Below, piece after piece: positions 62,756-64,000 of a DNA stretch of 64,000 nucleotides. Source of the stretch: Hyphomicrobiales bacterium (lineage in GTDB: Bacteria > Pseudomonadota > Alphaproteobacteria > Rhizobiales > JAJFHR01); NCBI GenBank assembly GCA_021775475.1, contig JAJFHS010000006.1:21530-85529 (forward strand), read 5' to 3'. Numbering within the stretch: the stretch's first letter is position 1; the number at the start of each line of letters is the position of its first letter. The notes below the pieces were generated by a model, which did no database searches, was not told the origin of the DNA, and saw only the letters and a list, made by a program, of their open reading frames with translations. Made by a program: the position numbers and the translations under genes.

Positions 62756-63319
62756 ATGAAGATCAACGGTAACGAAATTCGCCCCGGCAACATTATTCAG
62801 CACAAAGGCGGGCTGTGGGTGGCGGTAAAAACCCAACACGTCAAACCCGGCAAGGGCGGTGCCTTTGCCCAGGTTGAGCTGAAAAACATCATTGAAGGTA
62901 CAAAACTCAATGAACGTTTTCGTTCATCCGAAACTGTTGAGCGCGTCCGCCTTGATCAAAAAACCTTCCAGTTTCTGTTTGCCGAAGGTGAGATGCTAAC
63001 CTTCATGGACCTTGAGAATTACGAGCAGATAGAACTCTCAACCGAGTTTGTCGGCGAACGCGCAGCCTTCCTGCAGGATGGCATGCAGGTTGACCTCGAG
63101 CTATACGAAGAACGCCCCATTTCCATTGCTCTGCCCGAACATGTGACCCTGGAAATCACCGAAACCGAGCCCACCGTCAAAGGGCAGACTGCGACGTCTT
63201 CTTATAAGCCCGCCATTCTGGAGAACGGCGTCAGGGTGATGGTGCCGCCGTTTGTTTCTCTCGGCGAAAAGATCATCGTTGATACCACCGACATCACTTA
63301 CGTTCGCCGGGCGCAATAA
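62756..63319 (+). CDS. efp: Elongation factor P
   Basis: [35 protein letters not shown]. Confidence 0.98.
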   Translation: MKINGNEIRPGNIIQHKGGLWVAVKTQHVKPGKGGAFAQVELKNIIEGTKLNERFRSSETVERVRLDQKTFQFLFAEGEMLTFMDLENYEQIELSTEFVGERAAFLQDGMQVDLELYEERPISIALPEHVTLEITETEPTVKGQTATSSYKPAILENGVRVMVPPFVSLGEKIIVDTTDITYVRRAQ

Positions 63320-64000
63320 TGGCCAGATCAGCACTTCTCAACATCATGGTTCAGGCCGCTCAAAAGGCTGCGCGCGGATTAATGCGCGATTTGGGCGAGG
63401 TTGAAAATCTCCAGGTTTCCCTGAAGGGTCCGGGAGATTTTGTCTCGGCTGCCGACCGGCGGGCGGAAAAAGTTATCTACGAAGAACTTGAGCGCGCCCG
63501 GCCCGGTTATTCTTTTTTGATGGAAGAAGGCGGCGCCATCGAAGGCACTGACAAGACCCACAAGTGGATTATTGATCCGCTTGATGGTACTACGAACTTC
63601 CTGCACGGCATCCCGCTGTTTTCGATTTCGATTGCCCTTGAACGCGAAGGAGTTCTGGTCGCCGGTGTGATTTACTGCCCGGCTCTGGACGATTTATTTG
63701 TCGCCGAACGTGGCCAGGGTGCCTTTCTCAACGATCGTTTTCGCCTGCGCGTAGCCAACCGTAAATCTCTTGACCTCTCTGTGGTCTGTTGCGGCGTTCC
63801 CCATCAGGGCCGGGGCGATCTTGTACTGTTCAGGCAAGAGCTGGCAAAGCTGCAGCCGCTGGTCGCCGGCATCCGGCGCACGGGCTCGGCAGCTCTTGAT
63901 CTCGCCTGGCTCGCAGCTGGCCGGTTTGACATATTCTGGGAGCGCGACCTCAGCCCCTGGGATATCGCCGCCGGCATCCTTCTGGTGCGCGAAGCAGGTG
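63319..64000 (+). CDS. suhB: Inositol monophosphatase SuhB (runs off the window end)
   Basis: TAATG overlap with efp; translates [14 protein letters not shown]...WIIDPLDGTTNFLHG...RRTGSAALDLAW...WDIAAG. Confidence 0.95.
   Translation, partial: MARSALLNIMVQAAQKAARGLMRDLGEVENLQVSLKGPGDFVSAADRRAEKVIYEELERARPGYSFLMEEGGAIEGTDKTHKWIIDPLDGTTNFLHGIPLFSISIALEREGVLVAGVIYCPALDDLFVAERGQGAFLNDRFRLRVANRKSLDLSVVCCGVPHQGRGDLVLFRQELAKLQPLVAGIRRTGSAALDLAWLAAGRFDIFWERDLSPWDIAAGILLVREAG

Overview
Chromosomal window from an alphaproteobacterium, most likely Hyphomicrobiales/Rhizobiales; GC looks roughly 50% by eye. The taxon is inferred from the gene order tkt-gap-pgk-fba-thiE-like-Sel1-efp-suhB, zapA-6S RNA-fau-ymdB-yebC-ruvCAB-ybgC-tolQRAB-pal-ybgF-tilS-ftsH-folP-glmM-omp-serC-serA, then purA, rpoH, rluD and eipA. 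Most of the window is core housekeeping genes. It also has a LIV-type ABC transporter operon, a TPP riboswitch ahead of thiC, a serC leader RNA and a 6S RNA. I saw no tRNA, rRNA, CRISPR array, integrase or transposase. The most interesting parts are: (1) an orphan secreted protein (16838-17737) combining a Cyc2-like N-terminal monoheme CXXCH module, Pro-rich repeats, a peptidoglycan-binding domain and a small C-terminal domain; (2) a diverged direct duplication of the thiC 3' end plus a palindromic element that brackets that gene; (3) a tcmP + DUF5131 module (methyltransferase-like plus three-Cys radical-SAM-like) inserted between zapA and the 6S RNA, with an in-frame 9-bp tandem expansion; (4) two ~192-bp composite palindromic elements whose cores are inverted relative to their flanks. 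All calls come from reading the sequence and recalled family motifs; no searches were run.
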